DNA of 64,000 nucleotides from a virus (IMGVR_UViG_3300042997_001281:181394-245393), one strand, 5' to 3'. Numbered from the stretch's first letter, positions 47,173 to 56,978 are shown. Translations and numbers: made by a program. The notes: generated by a model from the sequence alone, not told the origin.

Positions 47173-47203
47173 AAAACCCTCATAGTTTATGGGGGTTTTT
47201 TAT
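47173..47203 (+). terminator. Rho-independent terminator
   Basis: CCCTCATA-GTT-TATGGGGG followed by T6. Confidence 0.7.
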
Positions 47204-47213
47204 TTACAAATAA

Positions 47214-47245
47214 TTTGGAATATTCGAAGTAATCTCTTATATTTG
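47214..47245 (+). promoter_or_regulatory. Phage promoter with the conserved palindromic -33 element
   Basis: TTTGGAATATTCGAAG-N8-TATATTTG, with the ATG at 47262. Confidence 0.6.
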
Positions 47246-47261
47246 TACCATAAAAAATATT

Positions 47262-47996
47262 ATGAGTTTTACATTTTACGAAGTTGGGGGAAAAGTAAGG
47301 GACGAAATCTTGGGGTTAACATCTAAAGATGTGGATTATGTTGCAGTACCCACCCAATCTTTATTGGATTTATACACTGAGGCGGAGGATATGTTCACGG
47401 TTTTACACTATTATCTTGTCTCTGAAAAGTTTGAAATATTCTTGGAAACACCATCATGTTTCACCATTAGAGCACGGTTCCCTGAGGGACACCGTTACCA
47501 AGGTGTTGCAGACTTCGTAATGGCTCGAAAGGAAGTTGGATACATAAGTGGTACCCGAATACCTATCGTTAAACCAGGGACCTTATATGACGATTTAGAA
47601 CGTAGGGATTTTACATTGAACGCGTTGGCAAAAGACGGTGATGGGAATATCATAGATTACTTTAATGGGATTGAGGATTTAAAGAGAGGGTATCTTCGTA
47701 CACCATTACCATGTACCGATACATTTGATGACGACCCACTTCGTATTCTGAGAGCAATCAGGTTCTGTATAACCAAAGGATTTTGGATAGGACCGGCGAT
47801 GGATAGTATTATGCAAGATTATGATTATGTTGGTAAGATGGGTGTTGTATCAACTGAAAGAATTAGAGAGGAATTATTCAAATGTTTTAAACACGATACC
47901 GTTAAAACATTGAAGACATTACATGAATACCCAGCATTAAGGAACTACATCTTCAAAGATAATACTCTTTGGTTAAAACCAACAATGGAACAATAG
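47262..47996 (+). CDS. cca: tRNA nucleotidyltransferase (CCA-adding enzyme or poly(A) polymerase head domain)
   Basis: FYEVGGKVRDEILGLTSKDVDYV (GG.VRD…D.D) and RRDFTLNALA (RRDFTINA signature). Confidence 0.85.
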   Translation: MSFTFYEVGGKVRDEILGLTSKDVDYVAVPTQSLLDLYTEAEDMFTVLHYYLVSEKFEIFLETPSCFTIRARFPEGHRYQGVADFVMARKEVGYISGTRIPIVKPGTLYDDLERRDFTLNALAKDGDGNIIDYFNGIEDLKRGYLRTPLPCTDTFDDDPLRILRAIRFCITKGFWIGPAMDSIMQDYDYVGKMGVVSTERIREELFKCFKHDTVKTLKTLHEYPALRNYIFKDNTLWLKPTMEQ

Positions 47997-48763
47997 TGAG
48001 CAACTTAGACTTAAACAAACTCGAAGAAAAACTTGACAATGCGTTAAGTAACGAAACAAGTGAATCATTAAACGAATGGTTAAAAGAAAAAAGAATGACA
48101 AACAATAAACAAAGTAGTATGGACAATATAGATTTAATTAGACCTCTCTTGAACTTTGAAAAAAGTGGGGACTTCTACATGTTATATGTTTTTAAACGTA
48201 AGAAAGACCAACCCGAAGGTGAAAGAGATAATCACCAATCGGTAAGGACAATTAAGACTTACTGTATTGAAAGTATCGAACATCTTGAACGTAGGTATGA
48301 AGAGATTAAACAACTCTGTGAGATGTTTAAGGCGAGAGCGTACATCCACGTTCAGAAACAAAACCATTTTGATGTGTCATTAAACATGATGGTTGATTTG
48401 GCACAACGTATTCAGAATGGTCAACACAACCAAAAGGGGTTATTTGATTCAGTTGTTGGTCAAATTAAAACACAGGAGAAGAGATGGATTATTGATGTTG
48501 ATGACATAAAAGAAATGAGTCCTCTTATGGTTGCATTTATTGAATACGAATGTAAACCAATTACTGAAGTTGAGTTCGACAGTGCGGGTATGCCAATAGG
48601 TTATAAAGTGGGACCGAAACTCGAGGCGGTTATTCCAACTAAGAATGGTCATCACTTAATTACTAAAAAGTTTGATGTTATGAAATTCAAAGAGAACTAT
48701 CCCGAATTAGATATACAAAAAAAGAATCCAACATTACTATACTTACCTAACTCTTTAAGTTAA
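47969..48763 (+). CDS. Hypothetical protein
   Basis: ORF of 264 aa. Confidence 0.5.
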   Translation: MVKTNNGTIVSNLDLNKLEEKLDNALSNETSESLNEWLKEKRMTNNKQSSMDNIDLIRPLLNFEKSGDFYMLYVFKRKKDQPEGERDNHQSVRTIKTYCIESIEHLERRYEEIKQLCEMFKARAYIHVQKQNHFDVSLNMMVDLAQRIQNGQHNQKGLFDSVVGQIKTQEKRWIIDVDDIKEMSPLMVAFIEYECKPITEVEFDSAGMPIGYKVGPKLEAVIPTKNGHHLITKKFDVMKFKENYPELDIQKKNPTLLYLPNSLS

Positions 48764-48784
48764 ACAATTTAAAATAAAACTATT

Positions 48785-49288
48785 ATGACACTATCAGATT
48801 TTGCTACATTAATACTTGGAGGTTTCCTGTTATTATCGATATTGTTAGTATTCGGAATACTTGTGTACGCGTTATTAAACAAATTATCATTATACGATAA
48901 GATAAAATATGTACACAAGTTTAAAATATCTGAGAAATACCGAACCAAAGTCAACCCAATTTATGAGTTAACTGAGAATAATTGGGATGGTTCCGTATTT
49001 TACATAAAAAAATGGTCTTTAAAGTATTATCAAAGAGAAGGTCATCAAATTTTATCCCTTTTCTTGATTTATCCCGTTGAATTTTTAACTTACGGTTATC
49101 AAAATGATGACACTATTTACTTGTGTAAGAAAAAGGATATTGAAACAATAGAAGGTACTTTGGATGAAAATTACGAAAGATTGTGGGCAATAGAAAATGA
49201 AAAGTATTTAATCGATAATGCATTGAAAGATAAACAACAAAATGTTATTAATGGGTTGAATAAGACTTTCAGTGAAAATTACGAATAA
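48785..49288 (+). CDS. Hypothetical protein with an N-terminal TM segment
   Basis: ORF of 167 aa. Confidence 0.5.
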   Translation: MTLSDFATLILGGFLLLSILLVFGILVYALLNKLSLYDKIKYVHKFKISEKYRTKVNPIYELTENNWDGSVFYIKKWSLKYYQREGHQILSLFLIYPVEFLTYGYQNDDTIYLCKKKDIETIEGTLDENYERLWAIENEKYLIDNALKDKQQNVINGLNKTFSENYE

Positions 49289-49317
49289 ACTTAAAACATA
49301 AAGACCCATAAAAAACA

Positions 49318-50583
49318 ATGAAAAGATTATCGAAAATTGGAAACGGAATCATCGGCTCAGAGATTATTAAAATCTCACAACAAATTAAAGAAATATCAAA
49401 AACTAAACCCGTTGCCAATTTAACAATAGGTGATTTTGATTCGAAGAAATGGCCAATACCTGAGAGGTTAAAGTTTTTCATTCAAGATGCGTACAACGAA
49501 GACCTAACCAACTATCCGGCATCACAGGGAGAACTAGATTTGAGAAAGTCGGTTAGTGATTACATGAAAACAAAACACGACATTGACTATTCACCCGAAG
49601 AGATATTAATTGGTGGAGGTGTTCGACCATTAATCTATACCATATTCAAAGGTACCGTAAATGATGGTGACTCTGTTATTTATCCGGTTCCATCGTGGAA
49701 TAACAATCACTACTCATTCTTACATAATGCGGTTAAAGATGTTATCGAATGTAAACCTGAGAACTCATTCTTCCCGAGTGTAATGGATATTGACGTTAAA
49801 ATTAAAAGGACCACATCATTGGTTTGTATTTGTTCACCACAGAACCCAACAGGTCGTGTTATAGACCCTGAAGTTTTAAAAGATATTTGTGATTTAATTG
49901 TAAATGAAAATAACGTTAGGAAAGACCACATAAATTCGAGACCTCTGTACCTTTTCTTTGACCAAATCTATTCTGATTTAACTCAAGATGATTTGTTTGT
50001 TCATCCATTAACACTATGTCCTGAGATTAAAGATTATTTGATTTGTGTTGATGGTATCTCCAAGTCACTTAATGCAACCGGTGTTCGTGTTGGTTGGGCG
50101 TTTGGACCTAAAGATATTATTGGAAAACTAACCGAGATATTTTCACACATCGGAGCGTGGGCACCAAAGGCGGAACAAAATGCGGTTGGTAAATTTATGT
50201 CAGATACTTTACCTGAGTTCACCCACCACACTCAAAATGTTACCACCAAATACAAACACATTACACATTCTATTTGTGATATGTTTGATAAGATGAAAGG
50301 TAAAGGATTCAGAGTTGACTGTCAAAGACCTGAAGGTGGAATATACATTTCAGTTTATATAGAATACACTCACTCATTTGCCAATACTGAGGATTACATA
50401 TCCTACTTAATCAATACGTGTGGTTTGGGTATTGTACCATTTGAATACTTTGGTTCAAAAGAAAACAAGGGTTGGTTTAGAATTTCAATTGGTAATATTG
50501 ATGAATTTAACCTTACCAGTATCATTGGTGTTATTGAAAACGCAATCATAAAATCACACACATATTACAACTCAATGGTGTAA
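49318..50583 (+). CDS. PLP-dependent aminotransferase, class I fold
   Basis: VDGISKSLNATGVRVGWAFGP carries the SxSK…G.R.G motif with the PLP-binding lysine. There is an upstream N-rich small-domain region. Confidence 0.72.
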   Translation: MKRLSKIGNGIIGSEIIKISQQIKEISKTKPVANLTIGDFDSKKWPIPERLKFFIQDAYNEDLTNYPASQGELDLRKSVSDYMKTKHDIDYSPEEILIGGGVRPLIYTIFKGTVNDGDSVIYPVPSWNNNHYSFLHNAVKDVIECKPENSFFPSVMDIDVKIKRTTSLVCICSPQNPTGRVIDPEVLKDICDLIVNENNVRKDHINSRPLYLFFDQIYSDLTQDDLFVHPLTLCPEIKDYLICVDGISKSLNATGVRVGWAFGPKDIIGKLTEIFSHIGAWAPKAEQNAVGKFMSDTLPEFTHHTQNVTTKYKHITHSICDMFDKMKGKGFRVDCQRPEGGIYISVYIEYTHSFANTEDYISYLINTCGLGIVPFEYFGSKENKGWFRISIGNIDEFNLTSIIGVIENAIIKSHTYYNSMV

Positions 50584-50622
50584 TCATTTTGTTTTTTAAA
50601 AAACTTTAATTATATTAAAAAT

Positions 50623-51504
50623 ATGAAAAATGTTATTGATGAGTTGGGTAATGAGCAAAAATACAAAGGAGGGTACACGGGAGAAATGTTTAAGTATCTA
50701 AAAAAGAAACTTAAAAATTTTGATGAATTTTTGTTTGTGATGTATTCTACTAATGGAAGTAAAACTCCTACTCCACTACCCAAACGAATCAATCATTCCA
50801 AAAAAGTTTTAATTTGGCATAGTAGTGAAAACAAAAGAAATAATATAAATGAGATAAAAAACGATTACACTCATATTTTTTCAAATTACTATTGGAATAC
50901 CAAAAATACAACATCAATACCTTTGGGTTATTTTACTGAAAGTATAAATTCCGAAATAATACCAATGGGTGAAAGACTATACAACATATCTTTTATTGGT
51001 TGTTTAAATAGAAACCGATTGGTATTGGCAAGTGAGTTGAGTGGTATTCGTAAGTTTTGGTTATCCATGGGATTATCATTCTACAAAAATAAAACTTTGA
51101 AAATTTTGAATAAAATCCTTCAATGGAAATGGAATAGAGATTTGTTTCAATTCAACGAAGATTTTAACAAAGGAATGGACTCGGAATTATACCAATACTT
51201 TTTACAACATAGTAAAATAGCACTTTGTCCAAGAGGTTGGACAAATTCAGAAACATTTAGATTGTATGAGGCCATGAAGTATGGTTGTGTAGTTATAACA
51301 GAAGAATTACCCGATAGGGAATACTATAAAAATATTCCAGTTATAAAAGTAGAAAATTGGAGTGATGGAATTAAAATCGCACGAAACTTACTCAAAAATC
51401 CTAAAAAATTGGAACAAATGGGATTAAATAATAAAAAATTTTACGAAGAATTTTTGAGTCCGAGAGCAACTGCGGAAATAATAATAAAAAAATTAAAAGT
51501 TTAA
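50623..51504 (+). CDS. Exostosin-like (GT47-type) glycosyltransferase
   Basis: KIALCPRGWTNSETFRLYEAMKYGCVVIT resembles the GT47 C-terminal motif (F.L.PRG….R..EA…GCIPVI). Confidence 0.5.
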   Translation: MKNVIDELGNEQKYKGGYTGEMFKYLKKKLKNFDEFLFVMYSTNGSKTPTPLPKRINHSKKVLIWHSSENKRNNINEIKNDYTHIFSNYYWNTKNTTSIPLGYFTESINSEIIPMGERLYNISFIGCLNRNRLVLASELSGIRKFWLSMGLSFYKNKTLKILNKILQWKWNRDLFQFNEDFNKGMDSELYQYFLQHSKIALCPRGWTNSETFRLYEAMKYGCVVITEELPDREYYKNIPVIKVENWSDGIKIARNLLKNPKKLEQMGLNNKKFYEEFLSPRATAEIIIKKLKV

Positions 51505-51545
51505 TTTGGTAAAACCGAATAATTGGAAAAAATTAATTATATTTG
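51505..51545 (+). promoter_or_regulatory. Bacteroidetes-type promoter (TTTG … TATATTTG)
   Basis: TTTG at 51505 and TATATTTG at about 51538, with the ATG at 51550. Confidence 0.4.
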
Positions 51546-51549
51546 AAAT

Positions 51550-52029
51550 ATGGGATGCGATATACATAGTTACTTAGAAAAATACACATCGATTAACGGT
51601 GAAAATAAATGGGTCAACGTTGACTACTGGCAAATAAATCCACACTTTGGGTTGGACGACTCTAAAAATGAATACGACCAAGTTTCATTTTACATTGGAA
51701 GAAATTATGAGTTGTTCGGAATACTTGCTGGTGTGAGAAGTTCTGAAGACCCAATTAAGGAGCCGAGAGGTTTACCTGAAGATGTGAGTGACGTTACCAA
51801 AAGAGAGTATGAAAAATGGGATGAGGTACATACACCTTCTTACTATACAATGAAAGAACTCAAAGATTACATTTACAATAATTCAGATAATAAAGAACTT
51901 ATTGAAACATTATCTTTTTTTGTTAACCCAATGAATGAAAGATTTAAAAATGAGTTTTGGATTGATGATGACAATCGACATACGATTAAAGAAAATGGAT
52001 TTAGAGTAGTTTTTTGGTTTGATAATTAA
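51550..52029 (+). CDS. Hypothetical protein
   Basis: ORF of 159 aa. Confidence 0.5.
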   Translation: MGCDIHSYLEKYTSINGENKWVNVDYWQINPHFGLDDSKNEYDQVSFYIGRNYELFGILAGVRSSEDPIKEPRGLPEDVSDVTKREYEKWDEVHTPSYYTMKELKDYIYNNSDNKELIETLSFFVNPMNERFKNEFWIDDDNRHTIKENGFRVVFWFDN

Positions 52030-52306
52030 AAACAAAATAGTTATGATAGATAGAGGAAACAAATTTTACGAAACCGCAAGAGAGTTTGTAAAAAAGTACG
52101 AAGTAAATGTAAGTGAACACATTATTGATATCATTGTATCAGTGATGGTAACTCGAGATGGTGTTGGTCCGATGGGTGGGAGTTTTGTTCAGTCAATCGT
52201 TGATAACAATTTATTCGAGGCAGTCAACCGTGCAGACCAAGACTGTCTGAAAAACCTCAAGATAATCGTGGCGGCGAATCGATACTGCCATTTAAAAAGT
52301 TTATAA
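52019..52306 (+). CDS. Hypothetical protein
   Basis: ORF of 95 aa. Confidence 0.4.
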   Translation: MIIKNKIVMIDRGNKFYETAREFVKKYEVNVSEHIIDIIVSVMVTRDGVGPMGGSFVQSIVDNNLFEAVNRADQDCLKNLKIIVAANRYCHLKSL

Positions 52307-52409
52307 AAATGAAGAATTGGAAATCTACGGATTGGGCAATTGCCGGAGTACTCGTACTGTGGATGGTACTTGTTTCTGTTATTGTATATTGTAGTTTATA
52401 AACAAAAAA

Positions 52410-52574
52410 ATGAAACACGAATATCATAACCCTACTGTCGAAAGAAGAGAGTTATTTAATCTAATGCGCACAAAATTCCCAAAAGGAATTAAAGAAAAAC
52501 AATTTTATTTCTCAATGACAGTCCGTCCCGAAAAGGTGGATTATTACATAGATTTATTCAATCAATATAAATAA
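52410..52574 (+). CDS. Small hypothetical protein (54 aa)
   Basis: ORF not in the track. It has an ATGA overlap with the next gene. Confidence 0.25.
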   Translation: MKHEYHNPTVERRELFNLMRTKFPKGIKEKQFYFSMTVRPEKVDYYIDLFNQYK

Positions 52575-52576
52575 AA

Positions 52577-53449
52577 ATGATTATCAAAAGTTTATCACCG
52601 GAATGGAAAGTTTGGATTTGGACAAACGTAGTAAATGGTTTAGGTAAAGAAAATATCTTTAACGTATTATTAAATCATGGATTTGAATATGATTTAATTT
52701 CTAAAGAATTAGATATGACACCTTCAAATCCTTTGATACAAAAAAGAAAGGATACCCAAGTAGCCCTTAATGAAACACCACCATTTACCATTCAACCTCT
52801 CTATAAACCGTTGTGTGATAACTCAGGTGTTTATAGAATCGAGACTGAGTTTTTGGAAATTTATACAATACCAAACTTCTTATCGGGTGAAGAATGTGGG
52901 GAGTTAATAGAACAGATGGTTGGTAAGTTGAGACAATCAACAGTGGTTACAAATACTAATGTTGAAGACGTTAGAACCAGTTCAACCTGTGATATGTTTT
53001 TAGATAATCCAATCTATAAATCCGTAAATGATAAGATACATTCGTTTATGAAATTACCCCACGAGTTGGGTGAAATACCACAAGGTCAGAAGTATCTAGT
53101 TGGTCAACAATTTAAAGAACACGGTGATTATTTTGATGAGAATTACGAACCCAATAAAGTGGGGTTAGTTAATCTTGGTCAAAGAACGTGGACATTCATG
53201 GTTTATCTTAATGATGTGGAAGAGGGTGGTGAAACACACTTCACAAAAATCGATAAAACATTAATTCCGAATACCGGAACTGCCGTTGTTTGGTCTAATA
53301 TTTTAAGAAATGGAAAACCAAATGAATACGCAAAACATTGCGGACTACCGGTTATCTCGGGTGAAAAAAACATCATCACTAAATGGTTTAGAGAAGGTCC
53401 TAAAATTATAAATTCACCACAAGAAATAACTTTAAAAGAAATATTATAA
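52577..53449 (+). CDS. Prolyl 4-hydroxylase-like 2OG-Fe(II) oxygenase
   Basis: KEHGDYFDE (HxD), TWTFMVYLNDVEEGGETHF, AKHCGLPV (distal His) and KNIITKW (2OG-binding Lys). Confidence 0.62.
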   Translation: MIIKSLSPEWKVWIWTNVVNGLGKENIFNVLLNHGFEYDLISKELDMTPSNPLIQKRKDTQVALNETPPFTIQPLYKPLCDNSGVYRIETEFLEIYTIPNFLSGEECGELIEQMVGKLRQSTVVTNTNVEDVRTSSTCDMFLDNPIYKSVNDKIHSFMKLPHELGEIPQGQKYLVGQQFKEHGDYFDENYEPNKVGLVNLGQRTWTFMVYLNDVEEGGETHFTKIDKTLIPNTGTAVVWSNILRNGKPNEYAKHCGLPVISGEKNIITKWFREGPKIINSPQEITLKEIL

Positions 53450-53460
53450 ATCTACATACT

Positions 53461-54180
53461 ATGAACCGTAAAGAAAAATTAACCAAATCTTTAATGGGTG
53501 CAATCAGAGCACTTGAAAATGGAACAGTAATTTACAATTGGCAGGAACAAGAAAGTTGTAACTGTGGTGTTGTATCTCAAGCAATGTTAGGGATAACAGG
53601 TACCGAGTTGAAACAACGACTTAAAGATGAGGATATCTTTACACACTCAATCTTTGAGAAGGTTAAAGATAAACCTGAGGTGGCAAAAACTTGGAAGAGC
53701 CTTATAAGTGCATGGTGCCCAATAACGGGAGTACCAATGAAACAGATTTTCGACGATTTAAACGATGCTGGATTAACTACTGATGACATCGCACACTTAG
53801 AGTATTTGGAAAATTCCGCAATATTAAAACGTTCAGGGATATCTACCCATCATAAAGTAACAACTGAAGTATTTGACCATTACGATTATATCCCAGTTAA
53901 TACTTTCTTCGGTAGATTGTTTGGAAGAACCAAAATGGTTGAAGTGAAGAAAATGGTTACCACAACCACTCAAGACCACAACTACTATTCTAAAAAGGGG
54001 AATGTTATTCTTTATTTGAAGGCGTGGGTTTCCATTCTACAAGAAGAAAGAGAACCAATTCAAGAAGATTTATCTGGAGAATCAAAACAGGAACTCCAAG
54101 AGAGATTACTCATTGCGGTTGCAGATGAGAACTATGAAATGGCCGCGAAACTTAGAGATGAGTTAGTTATTTCTCATTAA
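53461..54180 (+). CDS. Hypothetical protein with a C-terminal UVR (UvrB/UvrC-type) motif
   Basis: ELQERLLIAVADENYEMAAKLRDEL. Confidence 0.45.
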   Translation: MNRKEKLTKSLMGAIRALENGTVIYNWQEQESCNCGVVSQAMLGITGTELKQRLKDEDIFTHSIFEKVKDKPEVAKTWKSLISAWCPITGVPMKQIFDDLNDAGLTTDDIAHLEYLENSAILKRSGISTHHKVTTEVFDHYDYIPVNTFFGRLFGRTKMVEVKKMVTTTTQDHNYYSKKGNVILYLKAWVSILQEEREPIQEDLSGESKQELQERLLIAVADENYEMAAKLRDELVISH

Positions 54181-54199
54181 TATCTTCATCCACAATTTT

Positions 54200-54760
54200 T
54201 TATAATAATCTAAATTTTTTTATTGCTGATACATCCCAAATGCAACCAGAATTTGCATCAATGGTATATGCCCAATAATATTCTTTTGATTCTTGATGTA
54301 AATTTCTAACACCAATCTCTTCATAATTTGGAAACTCGATACCTTTATATTTTTTTGAAACTAAATCCCAATTAATATTGTGTGGATAATTTTGGTGTGT
54401 ACTATATTTTTCTGTAAACTCTTTAAATAAATCTTCTGTATTCAGAATCATAATTTCACTCATATCTAAATATAATTTATAAATATAAACCTCACTATTC
54501 ATCACACCCTTTAATGGTACGTTTTCCTTGGTATCCCAAGTAACACCATATTTTTTAAAATTAATCCAATTATCACCGAATCCATACCATAAACCTCCCG
54601 GTTTTCCGTGAACATCTTGATTTTTAACTCCGTTTTCAATTTTATCAATTGGTGTTTTACTTAGATGAATTCTTTCTTGACTACCTAATTCCAATCTTTC
54701 ATTCACAAAATGTTTAAAGTTTTTTACTTTATCAATCATTTTACGTATATCTCCACCCAT
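54200..54760 (-). CDS. Hypothetical protein on the minus strand
   Basis: ORF of 186 aa that is co-oriented with the next gene. Confidence 0.5.
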   Translation of the reverse strand: MGGDIRKMIDKVKNFKHFVNERLELGSQERIHLSKTPIDKIENGVKNQDVHGKPGGLWYGFGDNWINFKKYGVTWDTKENVPLKGVMNSEVYIYKLYLDMSEIMILNTEDLFKEFTEKYSTHQNYPHNINWDLVSKKYKGIEFPNYEEIGVRNLHQESKEYYWAYTIDANSGCIWDVSAIKKFRLL

Positions 54761-54847
54761 AATTTTTTATTTATATATAAATATCACCGCCCCTATATTG
54801 AGAACACCACCAATATTACATAGATTTATTCGGAAAATATAAATAAA

Positions 54848-55252
54848 TTAACCTTCCCACACTCCCGATTCGGTGATTACAGGACTACCATTCCTGTCAA
54901 TCATAACCCATTCTGCCTTTACCATACCGAAAGGTTCAAAACACTTTAATACGGTACCCAAGTTAAAACATTTACAACTGTAGATGTCAAACTGTGCCAT
55001 TGGTAACTCATAATGGTCCCAAATGTGTATTGACCCGTGTGATGTGGCTAATGTTACGGTTCCCGTTAACCCCTCATTACCTGGGTCGGATACATAGACA
55101 CTGGTTGGCCCAGCAACTACCCTCATTCCAACCGAATCTACGAGGTGTATAAACCATTTATTTAGTTGTTCTTCCTTCTTAGGAGGATTAGTCATCCAAC
55201 ACTTTAATAATAGGTGTTGATGATAGGGTTCAAATACTTCTATTTTGTCCAA
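54848..55252 (-). CDS. Pyruvoyl-dependent S-adenosylmethionine decarboxylase-like proenzyme (SpeH class)
   Basis: HQHLLLKCW … TGTVTLATSHGSIHIWDHYELPMAQFDIYSC aligns with the class-1a AdoMetDC [28 protein letters not shown], including the Ser of the cleavage site. Confidence 0.62.
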   Translation of the reverse strand: MDKIEVFEPYHQHLLLKCWMTNPPKKEEQLNKWFIHLVDSVGMRVVAGPTSVYVSDPGNEGLTGTVTLATSHGSIHIWDHYELPMAQFDIYSCKCFNLGTVLKCFEPFGMVKAEWVMIDRNGSPVITESGVWEG

Positions 55253-55309
55253 TGTTATAAGTTTTTATAATCCATATATATACCGATTTTGAAAAAAATC
55301 AGGGTATTA

Positions 55310-55341
55310 TTTGGAATATTCAAAATAATCTTTTATATTTG
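55310..55341 (+). promoter_or_regulatory. Phage promoter with the conserved palindromic -33 element
   Basis: TTTGGAATATTCAAAA-N8-TATATTTG, with the ATG at 55347. It lies in a divergent region with the minus-strand gene pair. Confidence 0.6.
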
Positions 55342-55346
55342 GAACA

Positions 55347-55556
55347 ATGTTAGTAGTCTTCAACATAGTGATTGGAATTATATGGGGTCTCTATATTTTA
55401 GGGTCACTCATCAAGAAGGATTGGAACGATTTTCTTTATGGTATCTGCATGGCGTTAGTGATGTTTTTACCAATACCAGCACAGCAAAGTATAATCGTAA
55501 TGATATTGTTAATTATTGTACATAGATACATAGATAGAAAAGAAAGAGAATCTTAA
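55347..55556 (+). CDS. Small membrane protein with 2-3 TM segments, holin-like in size
   Basis: 69 aa and very hydrophobic. Confidence 0.4.
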   Translation: MLVVFNIVIGIIWGLYILGSLIKKDWNDFLYGICMALVMFLPIPAQQSIIVMILLIIVHRYIDRKERES

Positions 55557-56281
55557 TGAAAAAAAGTGAAGAATTGAAAGGTATACTATCAGGTATAGTT
55601 AACGAGATTGAGAACGATTGGAACAGTAAAGAGAGAGAATCATTTACGATGACCAAGTTCTTAGAATTACCATGGTTGAAAGACGGTCAATTCTACATTG
55701 AAGATAAGAAGAATAAAGACGAATTAAAAAACTTCTATTTCAAATACGACCACAGTGTATTCACCTCCGATAAATTGGGCGGTGGATACTTTGTTATTCA
55801 CGAACCATTCGGAAGTAAGTCATCTCCTGATTATTTGTTCGTAACACCAAATGGAATCTTTGGTATTGAAGATAAATCTAACAACGAAGAAAAGATAGAG
55901 TGGAACACCGGTTCACCGGGAGAAGATAAAATCATTACGTTCTTCCACAAATCAGAAAAGAAAGTTTATTTGTTTACCAGTTGGGAATACGGGTGGACTA
56001 AAGAGATTGGTGACGAGTACTATCAATTTAAAATCAAAATTAAAGAGATGGCGTCCGAGTTATTCAAAGAACAGTTTCACAAGTACGGTGATTCATTTAA
56101 GAAGTTAACATACTACGCCCGACCACACATAATTGACGGGAATAATATTGTTAGAGACATCTATGACCCCGAAGAGATTAATGTAAAGAGAGTATTGGAG
56201 AAGTTCTTAGATGGTGAGGAACACAAACCAATCAGTAGGTATAGAAGAGCAATGGAATACATACAAGGAAAACTATTTTAA
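55556..56281 (+). CDS. Hypothetical protein
   Basis: ORF of 241 aa. Confidence 0.5.
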   Translation: MKKSEELKGILSGIVNEIENDWNSKERESFTMTKFLELPWLKDGQFYIEDKKNKDELKNFYFKYDHSVFTSDKLGGGYFVIHEPFGSKSSPDYLFVTPNGIFGIEDKSNNEEKIEWNTGSPGEDKIITFFHKSEKKVYLFTSWEYGWTKEIGDEYYQFKIKIKEMASELFKEQFHKYGDSFKKLTYYARPHIIDGNNIVRDIYDPEEINVKRVLEKFLDGEEHKPISRYRRAMEYIQGKLF

Positions 56282-56282
56282 A

Positions 56283-56978
56283 ATGAAAAAAATTGAAGCG
56301 TTATTAATTTCAGATGTTCACCTCGGTTCAAAGGGATGTAATGCTGAAGAGGTCCTTGAGACCTTAAAAAAATATCAACCGGAATACCTTTTCTTGGTTG
56401 GTGACATAATTGATGGTTGGTTATTAAAAAAGAGATTTTACTGGAAACAATCTTACACCAACTTAATAAGAAAAATTCTATCCTATTCAAAAAATGGTAC
56501 GAAAGTAATTTACATCACTGGTAATCATGATGAGTTCTTGAGGGATTATGATGACTTATCATTTGGGAATATCGAATTTCACAATGAATACATTTACAAA
56601 GATATTTTCATCACACATGGAGACCTATATGATGGTGTTGTAAAATTAAAATGGTTGGGTGTTCTTGGTTCCGTCGGTTACGATTTGGCAATTGTAGTTG
56701 ATAGATACCTTAAAAGATTGGGGTTTAAACGTTCTTTATCTAAGTTCTTAAAGGATAAAGTAAAGGAGGCGGTTAAATTCATCACATCCTTTGAGGACCA
56801 AATAGTTTACCAAGCGAAAAAAAGAAACTGTACCAAAGTTGTCTGTGGGCATATTCATCATCCCATAATAAAAGTCATCGACGATATTGAATACGTCAAT
56901 TGCGGTGACTGGATAGAAAATAATTCATATATAATTTATAACAATGGCAAATTCACAAAACACTTCAATAAAAAATAA
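56283..56978 (+). CDS. Calcineurin-like metallophosphoesterase (LpxH/SbcD-like topology)
   Basis: LLISDVHLG, LVGDIIDGW, ITGNHDEF and THGD. ATG at 56283. Confidence 0.7.
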   Translation: MKKIEALLISDVHLGSKGCNAEEVLETLKKYQPEYLFLVGDIIDGWLLKKRFYWKQSYTNLIRKILSYSKNGTKVIYITGNHDEFLRDYDDLSFGNIEFHNEYIYKDIFITHGDLYDGVVKLKWLGVLGSVGYDLAIVVDRYLKRLGFKRSLSKFLKDKVKEAVKFITSFEDQIVYQAKKRNCTKVVCGHIHHPIIKVIDDIEYVNCGDWIENNSYIIYNNGKFTKHFNKK

